This document shows positions 62,802 through 64,000 of a stretch of 64,000 nt of DNA, piece by piece. Under the pieces are notes generated by a model that saw only the letters and a list, made by a program, of their open reading frames with translations, ran no database searches and was not told where the DNA came from. Within the stretch, counting starts at the first letter, position 1. Every line of letters starts with the position of its first letter. Source of the DNA: Dehalococcoidia bacterium (GTDB lineage Bacteria > Chloroflexota > Dehalococcoidia > Lucifugimonadales > Australimonadaceae). Made by a program: the position numbers and the translations under genes. Location of the stretch: positions 950,379 through 1,014,378 of the forward strand of contig OZ251500.1 in assembly GCA_965242755.1 (NCBI GenBank). Direction: 5' to 3'.

Positions 62802-62846
62802 GGCTCCACCACCTTGCTCTGGCGTTGCGCTTCGTTTGTGAATCCA
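61814..62846 (-). mobile_element. IS30-family insertion sequence (about 1033 bp)
   Basis: Terminal inverted repeats TGGATTCACACTGGAAGCGCAAC (61814-) and TGGATTCACAAACGAAGCGCAAC (reverse complement ending at 62846). Single transposase ORF. Confidence 0.85.
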
Positions 62847-63118
62847 GGGAATCCAGTCGCGCGATAGATCCACGACGGCGCGCGCACCCCGTCCCCTAGC
62901 CATCCCCCACGGCCGCGTCATTCCCGCGAAAGCGGGAACCTACCTCCGTGACCGTCATTCCCGCGTAGGCGGGAATCCAGTCGGCGCGATAGCGCCACGA
63001 CGGGGCGCAACGCGCTCCGTCCCCAAGCCATCCCCCACGGCCACGTCATTCCCGCGAAAGCGGGAACCTACTGGAATCCCGGCGCTCCGCGTCATTCCCG
63101 CCTACGCGGGCAGGGCGG
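62847..63118. repeat. Mosaic repeat cluster (second half of the interrupted hairpin and further units)
   Basis: gggaatccagtcgcgcgatag.., gtcattcccgcgaaagcgggaacctacctccgtgaccgtcattcccgcgtaggcgggaatccagtcggcgcgatagcgccacgacgggg.., gtcattcccgcgaaagcgggaacctactgg. Confidence 0.9.
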
Positions 63119-63122
63119 GGGC

Positions 63123-63854
63123 GTGAGCGTCCGCTACGCCATTACGCCTGCCCACCCCCCTAGCCTCCTGCCCCCCATTGCGGACGCGGCGGCCTCGCTC
63201 GGCAGGAAGTACCTCGGCATCGACATCAGCGGCATAGCCGTGCGCCTGATGCAGCAGCGATTGGAGTCGCGCGGCGACGCCGTTGTCGCGCCGGTTGTCT
63301 ACGGCCTCACGTGGGACGAATTCGAATGGGAATCGTTCGAGCGCCGCGCCCTCGCGCAACGCGACGACGTCGAGGACGGCATTCCCGGCTGGGCGTGGGC
63401 GGAAGACCGCGTCGCGGCGCTCCTCAACGCCGTCCCCAACGAGCGCAAGACGGGCGACGGCGGCGTTGACGCGCGGTACTTCGGCGCGGTCGACTTGCAG
63501 CGCAAAGAGGGCGTCGTCGTGCCGATCCAGGTGAAAATGCACCGCGCATCGTCGGTCGGGCGCCCCGATATGGACCGCTTGCTCGGCGTGCAAACGACGA
63601 TGAACAATCGCGGATTGCACGCGCCGATGTCCATAATGGTGAGCCTCTACCCGCCGCCGCGAGCGTTGCGCGTATTCGCCGCCGAGCAGGGGCGCGTCAC
63701 GATCACGACGCAGCAGGAGGGCGCGGTGGACTATCCGCGCATGCAAGTCTTGAGCGTCGAGGAAATGCTCCGCCACGGCGAGCGCCCGAAACTCCCGCCG
63801 GTGGACCCGCGCTCGCTGGTGGGCGACACGCAGGATCGGATGTTGATGGGGTGA
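63123..63854 (+). pseudogene. 5'-truncated methyltransferase/Mrr-like fusion (only the post-motif-I tail and the nuclease-like domain remain)
   Basis: SLGRKYLGIDISGIAVRLMQQRL aligns with [23 protein letters not shown] of paralog A. GGVDARYF..VVPIQVKMH is an intact-looking PD-(D/E)xK core. No motif IV or motif I upstream. Confidence 0.7.
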
Positions 63855-63865
63855 CGGGAGCGCTA

Positions 63866-64000
63866 GCGCGGCGGGGCGAGGGCTAGGCTGTCGTAAGCCG
63901 AGTATTCGGGGTTTGACAAGAGGTCGGCCAAGACTTGGCCATGAAGGTAGGTGAAGTAAGTGGGGAACGCCTCGCCCACCAGTTTGCGAATAAGGTAGCG
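63866..64000 (-). CDS. 3' end of an unidentified gene that continues beyond the window
   Basis: Minus-strand frame is open from the window edge to TAG (63868-63866): ..RYLIRKLVGEAFPTYFTYLHGQVLADLLSNPEYSAYDSLALAPPR-stop. Lower GC. Confidence 0.4.

Overview
High-GC bacterial chromosomal window, roughly two-thirds G+C by eye. All calls come from reading the sequence and the ORF track; no searches were run. Housekeeping blocks: a class I RNR alpha subunit, lepA, a sirC-hemA-hemC-cobA/hemD-hemB tetrapyrrole operon, ctaA-ctaB, an ACS-family ligase, speH-speE, secG, gatB, an alpha carbonic anhydrase and several LLM/F420-type oxidoreductases. These alternate with accessory cassettes: five type II toxin-antitoxin-like pairs; a ThsB-like TIR-like gene; five beta-class DNA methyltransferase genes or remnants carrying different nuclease modules; a Res-type helicase with a separately encoded PD-(D/E)xK nuclease; three PaREP1/HEPN-like paralogs; one IS30-family element; and a prophage/plasmid-like island at about 9.3-13.4 kb. 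Almost every cassette boundary holds a mosaic family of hairpin repeats (ATTCCCGC-N4-GCGGGAAT type, TTCCCGC-GAAA-GCGGGAA type, CCCTCTCC-loop-GGAGAGGG type). The most unusual object is a ~670-bp array of 102 degenerate pentanucleotide units (NNGGC). It forms five phase-perfect blocks separated by conserved promoter-like spacers. It starts right after the stop of an uncharacterised 198-aa protein with a RAMP-like glycine-rich C-terminus and lies upstream of a 9-copy GTCTCA iteron array. Other candidates for new biology: a Thoeris-like membrane-protein/TIR junction split by an inserted TA+HEPN cassette; one methyltransferase scaffold paired with HNH, Mrr-like, degenerate-Mrr+PKD or trans-encoded nuclease modules; and an orphan 600-aa coiled-coil protein. 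No rRNA, tRNA or CRISPR array was recognised.
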